A stretch of 19,148 nucleotides of DNA from a virus. Its lineage: Duplodnaviria; Heunggongvirae; Uroviricota; Caudoviricetes. The notes under the pieces were generated by a model. It had not been told where the DNA came from, searched no databases, and saw only the letters and a program-made list of their open reading frames with translations. Shown piece after piece: positions 7,467 to 16,214 of the stretch. A program made the translations under genes and the position numbers. The stretch is taken from the IMG/VR virus record IMGVR_UViG_2531839179_000028; one strand, written 5' to 3'. The stretch's first letter is position 1. Every line of letters begins with the position of its first letter.

Positions 7467-8019
7467 GTGGGTAAGCATCACTGGAAAGTAGAAAAACAGC
7501 CTGAGTGGTACGTGAAAGCTGTCAGAAAAACTATCGCGGCGTTGCCGGGGGGGGTACGCTGAAGCTGCTGAGTGGCTAGATGTAACAGAGAACGCTTTAT
7601 TCAACCGCCTTCGTGCAGATGGCGATCAGATTTTCCCGCTGGGATGGGCAATGATTTTACAGCGCGCGGCTGGCACTCACTACATTGCGGATGCTGTCGC
7701 ACAGTCTGCTGGTGGGGTGTTTGTATCGCTTCCTGAAATTGAGGAAGTAGAGAACGCCGATATAAACCAGCGCCTGCTGGAAGTCATCGAACAGATCGGG
7801 AGTTACTCAAAGCAGATTCGTTCGGCAATCGAAGATGGGGTAGTGGAGCCACACGAGCAGACAGCAATTAATGATGAGTTGTATCTGTCAATTTCGAAGC
7901 TCCAGGAGCATGCAGCACTGGTCTACAAAATCTTTTGCGCTCCAGAAAAGAGTGACGCCCGCGAGTGTGCAGCTCCGGGCGTCGTGGCGTTTTGTGTCTG
8001 TGGAGAAACTAACGCATGA
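7467..8019 (+). pseudogene. CII/YdaT-like early regulator interrupted by a frameshift at a G8 homopolymer
   Basis: GTG 7467 (GAGG 6 nt upstream; ATG 7455 in frame) opens a frame that stops at 7560-7562 just after G8 (7547-7554). A second frame is open from 7516 to 8019 with coding-like sequence (…AEAAEWLDVTENALFNRLRADGDQIFPLGW…) and no start codon before ATG 7651. Removing one G joins the two frames into one ~183-aa product. Confidence 0.5.
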
Positions 8020-8852
8020 ACAGTTTAACGGCAAATAACCGTTTGTCGCAACAGCTGGTGGTCAGCGTCGCTGAACACCTGTTGTTACGGCATGAATGCA
8101 GATTACCAAATCTCCTGGCTGTAAGTAACCACAGAGAACTTTACCTGACTGTGGGGGGCGAGTTGTGCAGGAACTTAACCGCTGGTTTCGTGACGGAAGA
8201 GGACTTTATGTTCATGTTATTCGTTGGGAGCCAGAAACACAGCGCGTTATCTATCTTCGCAAAGACTACCCGCATGAGTGCTTTAGTCCTTTGTGGAAAT
8301 TCAAGCGTGATTTTGTTGAGTGTGAAGGACCACCAGCACATTGATTCTGCCATTCCGGGACGTTACACTGTTCAGGCACCTTATAAAGCGGGTGCCGGGA
8401 TTGGCGTCCTGGAATTGATCAAGGCGATATATGACGCGCCAGCGTCTTTTTTATCGTCCGCATTTGCTCACATCAAAGTTATGGTGGGCTGGGCGGGGGC
8501 ATCGAAAGATGCGCCGGTTTCCTTGATCACCGGTTACGCCAACCCCGTTCAGTTCACCACCAGCGAAATTGGCGTTTCCGGTGGTGGAAGTATTTCACCG
8601 ATCAAGGAGGCTGCCATCATGGCTACTGTCCCAGCCCTCACTCGTCTGAATGATGAAGACTTACATAAACTCAGTTATGTAACAACTGCACTACGTGCTC
8701 TGCGCAAGGTAACTCTTTCGGATCCGCAGGCACATCAGGTTCTGGTAGAAACCCTTCTTAACTTGCAAGCTGAACGTATTCGTCTGGCGGATAAGGCTAA
8801 TTTTCATATTCACCGTCTCCTGAATATCAGCGGAGGGCATCGTCATGCTTAA
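8016..8852 (+). CDS. Hypothetical early-right operon protein
   Basis: 278-aa ORF. Its ATG overlaps the upstream stop (ATGA at 8016-8019), implying translational coupling. I recognise no domain. Confidence 0.45.
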   Translation: MNSLTANNRLSQQLVVSVAEHLLLRHECRLPNLLAVSNHRELYLTVGGELCRNLTAGFVTEEDFMFMLFVGSQKHSALSIFAKTTRMSALVLCGNSSVILLSVKDHQHIDSAIPGRYTVQAPYKAGAGIGVLELIKAIYDAPASFLSSAFAHIKVMVGWAGASKDAPVSLITGYANPVQFTTSEIGVSGGGSISPIKEAAIMATVPALTRLNDEDLHKLSYVTTALRALRKVTLSDPQAHQVLVETLLNLQAERIRLADKANFHIHRLLNISGGHRHA

Positions 8853-9081
8853 TCCGTTGCTCCTCAACATTTACCGTTTATTTCAGCGTAAAAAAATATC
8901 AACACCCACAGTTGGGCAGTGGTACACCACGCCAGCAGGGCATGTTCTACGTGTCAGCCTGGTTGACCGTGAATGTCAGAAGGTGATTTGTGAACCGCTG
9001 GGCCGTAATTACCGCGTCAGTATGCCGCTTATAGCCTTTCGCTCCGGAAAAAACATGAAGCATCTCGGAGGTGCAGCATGA
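8845..9081 (+). CDS. Small hypothetical protein
   Basis: 78-aa ORF whose start overlaps the upstream stop (8845-8852) and whose stop overlaps the start of the replication gene (ATGA at 9078-9081). Confidence 0.4.
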   Translation: MLNPLLLNIYRLFQRKKISTPTVGQWYTTPAGHVLRVSLVDRECQKVICEPLGRNYRVSMPLIAFRSGKNMKHLGGAA

Positions 9082-9830
9082 GTATGGAGCTGATGGTTAA
9101 AGCGATGAAAATTCGAGTGGGTAATCCATTGCGAAAACTGGTTCTGATCAAGCTGGCTGATAATGCCAGCGATCAGGGTGAGTGCTGGCCCAGCTACCAG
9201 CATATTGCTGACCAGTGCGAGATTAGCAAACGTTCTGTGATGAATCATATTGCGGCCCTTTGTGAGTCCGGGCTGGTAAAAAAAGTCACCCGGAAAGGTG
9301 AAAAAGGTAACTCAAGTAATATCTATCTCCTTCATCTGGATGGTGCAGGAGATTCACTAGGGGGTAGTGCAGGAGATTCACCCAGAACCAGTCACTCTTT
9401 TGAACCAGTCAAAGAACCAGTCAATGAACCAATAGCTGTTGGTGCATCTGCTGATGAGTCTGTGCGAGTTCGTTCAAACCGACCGGAATACTCTCCGGAG
9501 TTTGAGCAGGCATGGCTGGCATATCCCAAACGTACTGGTGGCAATTCAAAATCTGCAGCCTTCAAAGTCTGGAAAGCCCGTTTGAATGAGGGGGTAAACC
9601 CCGAAACCATGCTGGAAGGTGTGAAACGCTATGCGGGCTGGGTATCTGCGATGGGTAACAGCGGCACACAATTTGTGAAACAGGCTGTCACGTTCTTTGG
9701 TCCGGATCGTCATTTCGAAGAATCCTGGGAAGTTCCTGCGGTATCTGCAGCCAGACGTGAGGACCCGTACTTCAAAGCCAGTTACGACAACGTGGACTAC
9801 AGCCAGATCCCGGCAGGATTCAGGGGGTGA
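9078..9830 (+). CDS. Replication initiation protein (N-terminal winged-helix HTH, lambda O-like organiser)
   Basis: 250 aa. The N-terminus (LRKLVLIKLADNASDQGECWPSYQHIADQCEISKRSVMNHIAALCESGLVKK) resembles the HTH_36-type domain of phage replication initiators. The linker has an acidic EPV repeat encoded by DNA iterons, and a conserved C-terminal domain follows. Confidence 0.65.
   Translation: MSMELMVKAMKIRVGNPLRKLVLIKLADNASDQGECWPSYQHIADQCEISKRSVMNHIAALCESGLVKKVTRKGEKGNSSNIYLLHLDGAGDSLGGSAGDSPRTSHSFEPVKEPVNEPIAVGASADESVRVRSNRPEYSPEFEQAWLAYPKRTGGNSKSAAFKVWKARLNEGVNPETMLEGVKRYAGWVSAMGNSGTQFVKQAVTFFGPDRHFEESWEVPAVSAARREDPYFKASYDNVDYSQIPAGFRG
9343..9434 (+). repeat. Iteron-like direct repeats inside the replication initiator gene (candidate origin of replication)
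   Basis: GTGCAGGAGATTCAC occurs twice (9343-9357, 9367-9381), followed by GAACCAGTCA three times (9385-9394, 9402-9411, 9414-9423) and a degenerate copy GAACCAATA (9426-9434). Confidence 0.5.
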
Positions 9831-10321
9831 TCATGAGTCTTTTGAATGAAGTTCAGAAATTCATTGAAGCCCATCCGGGGTGTACTTCCGGAGACATTGC
9901 GGATGCTTTTGCAGGTTACTCACGGCAGCGCGTTCTGCAGTCAGCAAGCAAGTTACGTCAGAGTGGGCGTGTGGCTCACCGTTGTGAAGGGGATACACGC
10001 AGACATTTTCCGCGCCAGATAAAGATATCGCCGGAGGCGGAACGGCAACCAGTTCGTGAAACCAGACCTGTGCGCAATTTCTATGTCGGCACTAACGACC
10101 CGCGGGAGATTTTATGCCTGACCCGCCAGGCTGAAGAACTGGAGTCCAGGGGCTTATACCGTCGTGCTGCAACGGTGTGGATGGCGGCATTCCGTGAAAG
10201 CCACTCCCAGCCAGAACGAAACAATTTTCTGGCGCGTCGTGAGCAGTGTTTACGGAAAAGCAGCAAGCGCGCTGTATCGGGTGATGAGTGGTATCTGTCA
10301 GGGAATTACGTGGGGGCTTAA
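9827..10321 (+). CDS. Putative PerC-like transcriptional regulator with an N-terminal winged-helix region
   Basis: 164 aa. The C-terminal segment (…AEELESRGLYRRAATVWMAAF…) resembles the PerC/Pch family motif as I recall it. Start and stop overlap the neighbouring genes. Confidence 0.5.
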   Translation: MIMSLLNEVQKFIEAHPGCTSGDIADAFAGYSRQRVLQSASKLRQSGRVAHRCEGDTRRHFPRQIKISPEAERQPVRETRPVRNFYVGTNDPREILCLTRQAEELESRGLYRRAATVWMAAFRESHSQPERNNFLARREQCLRKSSKRAVSGDEWYLSGNYVGA

Positions 10322-10974
10322 TGAGTAATAAATATTGCCAGGAGCTGGTGGAACTGCGGAACAAACCAGCCCATGAACTGAAGGAAGTGGGCGATCAGTG
10401 GCGCACGCCGGACAACATTTTCTGGGGAATTAACACCCTGTTTGGTCCGTTTGTTCTGGATCTGTTCACTGACGGTGATAACGCCAAATGCGCTGCGTAT
10501 TACACGGCGGAAGACAACGCGCTGGCGCATGACTGGTCAGAACGCCTTGCGGAGCTTAAAGGTGCTGCCTTTGGAAATCCCCCATACAGCCGCGCCAGTC
10601 AGCATGAGGGGCAATACATCACCGGCATGCGTTACATCATGAAGCATGCCAGTGCCATGCGTGATAAGGGCGGGCGCTATGTTTTCCTGATCAAAGCTGC
10701 CACCAGCGAAGTGTGGTGGCCGGAAGATGCAGATCATATTGCTTTTATTCGCGGGCGTATTGGTTTTGAACTGCCTGCCTGGTTTATCCCGAAGGATGAG
10801 AAGCAGGTGCCGACAGGCGCTTTCTTCGCTGGTGCTATTGCTGTTTTCGACAAGACCTGGAAGGGACCGGCAATCAGCTATATCGGGCGCGATGAACTTG
10901 AGGCATGTGGTGAGGCGTTTCTGGCGCAGGTTCGCCTGCAGGCGGAAAAGCTGGTCAGGGAGATGGCGGCATGA
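10321..10974 (+). CDS. Phage Dam-type DNA N6-adenine methyltransferase
   Basis: Contains the NPPY catalytic motif (FGNPPYS), with overall organisation like phage Dam methylases. ATG 10321 overlaps the upstream stop (TAATG) and follows GGGGG. An alternative in-frame start lies at 10288. Confidence 0.8.
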   Translation: MSNKYCQELVELRNKPAHELKEVGDQWRTPDNIFWGINTLFGPFVLDLFTDGDNAKCAAYYTAEDNALAHDWSERLAELKGAAFGNPPYSRASQHEGQYITGMRYIMKHASAMRDKGGRYVFLIKAATSEVWWPEDADHIAFIRGRIGFELPAWFIPKDEKQVPTGAFFAGAIAVFDKTWKGPAISYIGRDELEACGEAFLAQVRLQAEKLVREMAA

Positions 10975-11297
10975 CGACGTTAACTCAATGCCAGCAGCAG
11001 GTGCTGGATATGCTGATTTCTTATCAGAAAGAGCGTGGCTTCCCGCCAACCAATCAGGAGGTGGCAACCATGCTGGGATACCGTTCGGTGAATGCAGCGG
11101 TGGAGCATCTTCGCGCACTGGAGAAAAAAGGCGTCATCACGATAAAGCGTGGTGTGGCCCGGGGGATCACGCTTCATACCGCGGTGAAGGACGACGACAG
11201 CGAGGCGGTCGGGATTATCCGCTCACTGCTTGCCGGTGAGGAAAACGCAAGGCTGCGTGCAACTCACTGGTTACATGAGAGAGGCCTGAAAGTATGA
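10971..11297 (+). CDS. LexA-N-terminal-domain-like DNA-binding protein (no peptidase domain)
   Basis: 108 aa. The N-terminus (LTQCQQQVLDMLISYQKERGFPPTNQEVATMLGYRSVNAAVEHLRALEKKGVI) parallels the LexA winged-helix DNA-binding domain, and no S24 domain follows. Confidence 0.7.
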   Translation: MTTLTQCQQQVLDMLISYQKERGFPPTNQEVATMLGYRSVNAAVEHLRALEKKGVITIKRGVARGITLHTAVKDDDSEAVGIIRSLLAGEENARLRATHWLHERGLKV

Positions 11298-11683
11298 AGC
11301 TGATCCTGCCTTTCCCGCCCAGCGTGAACACCTACTGGCGACACCCCAACAAAGGGGCATTTGCTGGTAAGAGCCTGATAAGCGCGGCGGGGCGAAAATT
11401 TCAGAGCGCGGCGTGCGCAGCAATAGTTGAGCAGTTACGTCGTCTGCCAAAACCAACGTCGGCACCTGCTTCAGTGGAGATCGTGTTGTTTCCTCCGGAT
11501 AACCGGATCCGCGATCTGGACAACTATAACAAGGCGCTGTTTGACGCCCTGACCCACGCGGGTGTGTGGGAAGACGACAGACAGGTGAAAAGAATGCTGG
11601 TGGAGTGGGGACCGGTTATCCCGAAAGGGAAGGTCGAGATCACTATCAGTAAGTATGAGAAACCGGCGGGTGCAGCCGCCTGA
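11294..11683 (+). CDS. rusA: RusA-family Holliday junction resolvase
   Basis: 129 aa with the RusA signature (LPFPPSVNTYWRH…DLDNYNKALFDALTHAGVWEDDRQV). Typical position in the nin region upstream of Q. Confidence 0.85.
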   Translation: MKLILPFPPSVNTYWRHPNKGAFAGKSLISAAGRKFQSAACAAIVEQLRRLPKPTSAPASVEIVLFPPDNRIRDLDNYNKALFDALTHAGVWEDDRQVKRMLVEWGPVIPKGKVEITISKYEKPAGAAA

Positions 11684-11702
11684 TTAAGAGGAGAAACGAA
11701 GT

Positions 11703-12512
11703 ATGAATAATCTGATGGTTATTGATGGTATTGAAGTTCGTCGTGATGCTTATGGGCGTTACAGCCTGAACGATCTGCACAGGGCAGCCGGGGGAGAACA
11801 AAAAAACCGCCCGAAATACTGGCTCTCCAATAAGCAAACCTGTGAATTGATTGAACAACTTTTCACCGAGGGTGGAATTCCGCCTCTGGAACAAAATCAA
11901 CCAGTTAGCGTCATTAATGGCGGAAATAACCAGGGGACGTATGTCTGCAAAGAACTGGTGTATGCCTATGCAATGTGGATCAGCCCGTCATTCCATCTGA
12001 AGGTGATCCGTACTTTCGATATGGTAACCAGCGCACCGGAAAAATTATCCGGGCAGGCTGCTGACAAGATGCAGGCTGGAGTGATTCTGCTGGACTTTAT
12101 GCGCAGGGAGTTAAACCTGTCTAACTCTTCAGTGCTTGGTGCCTGTCAGAAACTCCAGGAGGCTGTTGGCTTACCGAATCTGGCACCGCGCTATGCCATT
12201 GATGCTCCTGCTGACGCGCCTGATGGCTCAAGTCGCCCTACGCTGTCGCTGAGTGCACTGCTGAAACAGTATGGTATCCGCCTTACGGCTAATCAGGCAT
12301 ATCACCAGATGGCGAAGCTGGGGATCGTTGAACAACGCGAACGATACAGCCGTACCTCGATTAACAACATCAAAAAATTCTGGTCGCTGACAGCGAAAGG
12401 CTGCATGTTCGGCAAGAACATCACCAGTCCCGCAAATCCGCGCGAGACGCAGCCGCATTTCTTCGAATCCCGATTCCCTGAGCTGTTAAAGCTGCTCGAT
12501 ACCGTTCATTGA
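11703..12512 (+). CDS. KilA-N domain protein (antirepressor-like)
   Basis: The N-terminal ~100 aa match the KilA-N fold signature (…YSLNDLHRAAGGE…KRPKYWLSNKQT…GTYVCKELVYAYAMWISPSFHLKVI). Strong RBS AGAGGAGAAACGAAGT precedes ATG 11703. Confidence 0.75.
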   Translation: MNNLMVIDGIEVRRDAYGRYSLNDLHRAAGGEQKNRPKYWLSNKQTCELIEQLFTEGGIPPLEQNQPVSVINGGNNQGTYVCKELVYAYAMWISPSFHLKVIRTFDMVTSAPEKLSGQAADKMQAGVILLDFMRRELNLSNSSVLGACQKLQEAVGLPNLAPRYAIDAPADAPDGSSRPTLSLSALLKQYGIRLTANQAYHQMAKLGIVEQRERYSRTSINNIKKFWSLTAKGCMFGKNITSPANPRETQPHFFESRFPELLKLLDTVH

Positions 12513-12513
12513 G

Positions 12514-13509
12514 GTGACCGTGAGAGCACTACTGACCCCTGAAATTGCCCCGCGTATGGGGATCGTATTGTTCAGGCCAGGTTCAGAGCTGATGCCCCTG
12601 TTTATGCAGGGGCGTGTCCTGCTGGAGCCTGAGCCGGAACGTTATTCATCTTTCGCCAGTGGTGCCGTTCCGGCGGCATCACAACCGCTGGCGGATGATC
12701 CTGCCGTTCGGGCTGTGTTCCGCAATGAGGCAGTGATCCGTCGTGCTGGTGGCGTGGAATGTCTTGAAAGCTGGTTACTTCGTGAAAAAGGCTGCCAGTG
12801 GCCTCATTCCGACTGGCACAGCGAGAACATGACCACAATGCGACACGCGCCGGGCGCAATCCGTCTGTGCTGGCACTGTGATAACCAGCTGCGCGATCAG
12901 TTCACGGAACGGCTGGAATCAATGGCAACGGATAACTGTGCCCGCTGGGTGTTGTCTGTTGTGCGTCGGGATCTCGGTTTTGATGACAGTCACGTTGTGA
13001 CAATGCCGGAACTGTGCTGGTGGCTGATTCGTAATGACCTGGCGGATGCCTTACCGGAAAGTGCAGCCCGTAAGGCACTGAGATTACCAAAGCCTGTTGT
13101 GCCGTCTGTCACCCGGGAAAGTGACCTTGTGCCTTCGGTTCCTGCCACCAGCATCATCCAGGATAAAGCGAAAAAGGTGCTGGCGCTGAAAGTGGATCCG
13201 GAGTCGCCGGAGTCTTTTATGTTACGCCCAAAACGTCGCCGCTGGGTTAATGAAAAGTACACGCGCTGGGTTAAGACACAGCCGTGTGCATGTTGTGGAA
13301 AGCCCGCTGATGATCCCCACCACCTGATAGGTCACGGTCAGGGTGGAATGGGAACAAAAGCGCATGACCTCTTTGTGTTGCCTTTGTGCAGAAAGCATCA
13401 CGACGAGCTGCATGCGGATACCGTGGCATTTGAAGAGAAGTATGGCTCTCAGCTGGAGCTGATATTTCGTTTTATCGATCGTGCGCTGGCAATTGGCGTA
13501 TTGGCGTAA
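12514..13509 (+). CDS. DUF968-family phage protein with a C-terminal Cys/His HNH-like motif
   Basis: 331 aa. The C-terminus (…TQPCACCGKPADDPHHLIGHGQGGMGTKAHDLFVLPLCRKHHDELH…) matches the DUF968 metal-binding module common in the nin region of lambdoid prophages. Confidence 0.65.
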   Translation: MTVRALLTPEIAPRMGIVLFRPGSELMPLFMQGRVLLEPEPERYSSFASGAVPAASQPLADDPAVRAVFRNEAVIRRAGGVECLESWLLREKGCQWPHSDWHSENMTTMRHAPGAIRLCWHCDNQLRDQFTERLESMATDNCARWVLSVVRRDLGFDDSHVVTMPELCWWLIRNDLADALPESAARKALRLPKPVVPSVTRESDLVPSVPATSIIQDKAKKVLALKVDPESPESFMLRPKRRRWVNEKYTRWVKTQPCACCGKPADDPHHLIGHGQGGMGTKAHDLFVLPLCRKHHDELHADTVAFEEKYGSQLELIFRFIDRALAIGVLA

Positions 13510-13522
13510 GTGGAGAACGAGC

Positions 13523-14275
13523 ATGAACCTTGAAGCCTTACCAAAATATTACTCCCCAAAATCTCCAAAATTGAGCGATGACGCACCGGCGACAGGCTCA
13601 GGTGGTTTAACGATTACGGATGTGATGGCTGCGCAGGGGATGGTGCAGTCGAAAGCACCGCTTGGGTTTGCCTTATTCCTGGCAAAAGTTGGTGTTCAGG
13701 ATCCTCAATTTGCGATTGAAGGTCTGCTCAATTACGCGATGGCACTGGATAACCCGACATTGAACAAATTGAGTGAAGAAACCCGGTTACAGATCATCCC
13801 TTACCTTGTGAATTTTGCCTTTGCTGATTATTCCAGGTCTGCGGCAAGTAAGGCTCGCTGTGAGCATTGTGCTGGTACTGGATTTCATAATGTATTGCGC
13901 GAAGTGGTGAAACACTCCAGAAGCGGGGAATCTGTTATCAAGGAAGAGTGGGTGAAGGAACTATGTCAGCATTGTCATGGTAAGGGAGAAGTCAGCACAG
14001 CGTGCAGAGGGTGTAAGGGTAAAGGTATTGTCCTGGATGAAAAAAGGACCCGGCTTCATGGCACGCCTGTTTATAAGATTTGTGGGCGTTGCAATGGAAA
14101 CCGGTTTAGCCGTTTACCAACCACACTGGCGCGGCATCATGTCCAGAAGCTGGTACCAGACCTGACGGATTATCAGTGGTACAAAGGATATGCAGATGTC
14201 ATTGATAAACTGGTTACAAAGTGCTGGCAGGAAGAAGCATATGCAGAGATACAATTGAGAAATGTGACAAGATAA
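13523..14275 (+). CDS. Late-gene antiterminator, Q-like
   Basis: 250 aa with clustered CxxC zinc-binding motifs (CEHCAGTG…CQHCHGKG…CRGCKGKG…CGRCNG). It is the last gene before a strong terminator and the lysis cassette, the canonical Q position. GGAG sits 7 nt upstream of ATG 13523. Confidence 0.6.
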   Translation: MNLEALPKYYSPKSPKLSDDAPATGSGGLTITDVMAAQGMVQSKAPLGFALFLAKVGVQDPQFAIEGLLNYAMALDNPTLNKLSEETRLQIIPYLVNFAFADYSRSAASKARCEHCAGTGFHNVLREVVKHSRSGESVIKEEWVKELCQHCHGKGEVSTACRGCKGKGIVLDEKRTRLHGTPVYKICGRCNGNRFSRLPTTLARHHVQKLVPDLTDYQWYKGYADVIDKLVTKCWQEEAYAEIQLRNVTR

Positions 14276-14306
14276 ATGGTTTTCGCCGAAGATGACGACA
14301 TGATGC

Positions 14307-14335
14307 TTGCATTTTTCAAAAAATATGGATAAGAT
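14307..14335 (+). promoter_or_regulatory. Candidate late promoter (pR'-like) between Q and the tR'-like terminator
   Basis: TTGCAT (14307-14312), 17-nt spacer, TAAGAT (14330-14335). Weak match. The position fits the architecture of lambdoid late promoters, which sit immediately after Q. Confidence 0.3.
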
Positions 14336-14383
14336 TTTCCCAACGATGGGCTTTGTATGTCTACCGTTGATAAGATTTAAGAA

Positions 14384-14406
14384 CCCGCCACTGAGCGGGT
14401 TTTTTT
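14384..14406 (+). terminator. Intrinsic terminator (tR'-like) downstream of Q
   Basis: CCCGC-CACTGA-GCGGG hairpin followed by T7 (14400-14406). An almost identical copy occurs at 16215-16236. Confidence 0.7.
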
Positions 14407-14551
14407 GTGCCAGATGTCTCATGAAACTATGAAATGGATTGGTGCGTTAAACATTTTTTCTTATTATCTTTTAGATTTTGGAGAGATGGTTAACGTCTGT
14501 ATTCCAGAAACTCGATGATTATTTAATAAATTAGTTTCAATGATGCTTCTA

Positions 14552-15703
14552 AATAGCTGCGCGGAATAGTAGATCACTTTGAGGGAACTTAGCCCGGATT
14601 GTGCGATCTGATCAATCGCCAAATCAAAACAAATCACCAACCGGACTGAGCAATGCCGATCATAGCACCAATTTCCCGTGACGAACGACGCCTGATGCAG
14701 AAAGCCATCCATAAAACACACGATAAAAATTATGCCCGCAGACTGACTGCCATGCTGATGCTGCACCGGGGCGACCGTGTCAGCGACGTTGCCAGAACGC
14801 TCTGCTGCGCCCGTTCCTCTGTTGGACGCTGGATTAACTGGTTCACGCAGTCGGGTGTTGAGGGACTGAAATCATTACCTGCCGGGCGTGCCCGTCGCTG
14901 GCCGTTTGAGCATATCTGCACACTGTTACGTGAGCTGGTAAAACATTCTCCCGGCGACTTTGGCTACCAGCGTTCACGCTGGAGTACAGAACTGCTGGCA
15001 ATAAAAATCAATGAGATAACCGGTTGCCAGTTAAATGCCGGAACCGTTCGCCGCTGGTTGCCGTCTGCGGGGATTGTGTGGCGAAGGGCTGCGCCAACTC
15101 TGCGTATCCGTGACCCGCATAAAGATGAAAAGATGGCAGCAATCCATAAAGCACTGGACGAATGCAGCGCAGAGCATCCGGTCTTTTATGAAGATGAAGT
15201 GGATATCCATCTTCATCCCAAAATCGGTGCGGACTGGCAACTGCGCGGACAGCAAAAACGGGTGGTCACGCCGGGACAGAATGAAAAATATTATCTGGCC
15301 GGAGCGCTGCACAGCGGGACAGGTAAAGTCAGCTATGTGGGCGGCAACAGCAAAAGTTCGGCGCTGTTCATCAGCCTGCTGAAGCGGCTTAAAGCGACAT
15401 ACCGTCGGGCGAAAACCATCACGCTGATCGTGGACAACTACATTATCCACAAAAGCCGGGAAACACAGAGCTGGCTGAAGGAGAACCCGAAGTTCAGGGT
15501 CATTTATCAGCCGGTTTACTCGCCATGGGTGAATCATGTTGAACGGCTATGGCAGGCACTTCACGACACAATAACGCGTAATCATCAGTGCCGCTCAATG
15601 TGGCAACTGTTGAAAAAGTTCGCCATTTTATGGAAACCGTCAGCCCATTCCCCGGAGGCAAACATGGACTGGCAAAAGTGTAGCGGTATTAAGCGCAGCT
15701 ATT
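14552..15703 (+). mobile_element. IS630-family insertion sequence (1152 bp) with TA target-site duplication at a CTAG target
   Basis: Terminal inverted repeats AATAGCTGCGC… (14552-) and …GCGCAGCTATT (-15703). Flanking TA at 14550-14551 and 15704-15705; removing the element regenerates CTAG, the target I recall for IS630. It carries a single transposase ORF. Confidence 0.8.
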
Positions 15704-15786
15704 TAGGTTATGACTGTAATGAAAAAGGTATTAATAGCAGCGATAGGTTTTTGTTTAGTTGGTTGTGCAGGTATGAAATTACCTGA
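14653..15786 (+). CDS. IS630-family transposase with an apparent 1-nt deletion near the 3' end, causing read-through beyond the IS
   Basis: The ORF matches the IS630 transposase as I recall it through residue ~322. At the A5 run (15613-15617) one extra A would restore a frame ending …LLKKVRHFMETVSPFPGGKHGLAKV-stop at 15681-15683, inside the IS, for 343 aa. As sequenced, the frame runs across the right inverted repeat to 15786. Confidence 0.8.
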   Translation: MPIIAPISRDERRLMQKAIHKTHDKNYARRLTAMLMLHRGDRVSDVARTLCCARSSVGRWINWFTQSGVEGLKSLPAGRARRWPFEHICTLLRELVKHSPGDFGYQRSRWSTELLAIKINEITGCQLNAGTVRRWLPSAGIVWRRAAPTLRIRDPHKDEKMAAIHKALDECSAEHPVFYEDEVDIHLHPKIGADWQLRGQQKRVVTPGQNEKYYLAGALHSGTGKVSYVGGNSKSSALFISLLKRLKATYRRAKTITLIVDNYIIHKSRETQSWLKENPKFRVIYQPVYSPWVNHVERLWQALHDTITRNHQCRSMWQLLKKFAILWKPSAHSPEANMDWQKCSGIKRSYLGYDCNEKGINSSDRFLFSWLCRYEIT

Positions 15787-16135
15787 GTATTCGCAAGTTA
15801 AAGCAAGTCCGTATTATACAGATTGCCGTGCGTTTGCCATGGATGTTTATAAAAATGATGGATACAGCAAAATTGCGAAAACTACTATCCTTAGCATGGA
15901 TGATGTGAAGGCTAGATATATTGTGACAGGGTGTGTAGTTGCTATGGGGAAAAACACTGTAGAGGAAATTAAAGCTGATCTCTCTGCTAAAGGGAGTTCT
16001 TTTGGGCTTATCAGTGGAGCTTGTTCTAGTGCGGCATGTCGGGTTGATGTAGAGCAGCAAATGAACGCTTATGTACTTGGTAGTTATTATGCTGCAAATA
16101 AAAAATTCCCGGATAAAATGAAAGCAGAGTTTTAA
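15719..16135 (+). CDS. AT-rich secreted lipoprotein of unknown function (moron)
   Basis: Signal peptide with lipobox (MKKVLIAAIGFCLVGCAG). 138 aa from ATG 15719; an alternative ATG at 15710 adds MTV. Low GC compared with flanking phage genes. A terminator copy follows, and IS630 sits 13-14 bp upstream of the start. Confidence 0.6.
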   Translation: MKKVLIAAIGFCLVGCAGMKLPEYSQVKASPYYTDCRAFAMDVYKNDGYSKIAKTTILSMDDVKARYIVTGCVVAMGKNTVEEIKADLSAKGSSFGLISGACSSAACRVDVEQQMNAYVLGSYYAANKKFPDKMKAEF

Positions 16136-16214
16136 GTAAACCTTGTTTTCGATTATATGTCGAAGATAAATGTTAGTAACGGCATAATAAGTAAATATAT
16201 AGCTGTGATAGCAA

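Noticed and set aside
10442-11239. Overlapping alternative-frame and antisense ORFs (10537-11118 minus, 10727-11239 plus, 10980-11177 minus)
   Set aside because: They overlap the well-supported Dam and LexA-like genes, are Arg/Pro/Ser-rich as expected for off-frame translation of GC-rich coding DNA, and lack an RBS.
14414-14518. 34-codon hydrophobic mini-ORF (MSHETMKWIGALNIFSYYLLDFGEM…) just downstream of the tR'-like terminator, considered as a possible small toxic peptide
   Set aside because: No Shine-Dalgarno sequence, AT-rich context where short ORFs arise by chance, and no supporting antisense RNA structure visible. Too weak to call without conservation data.
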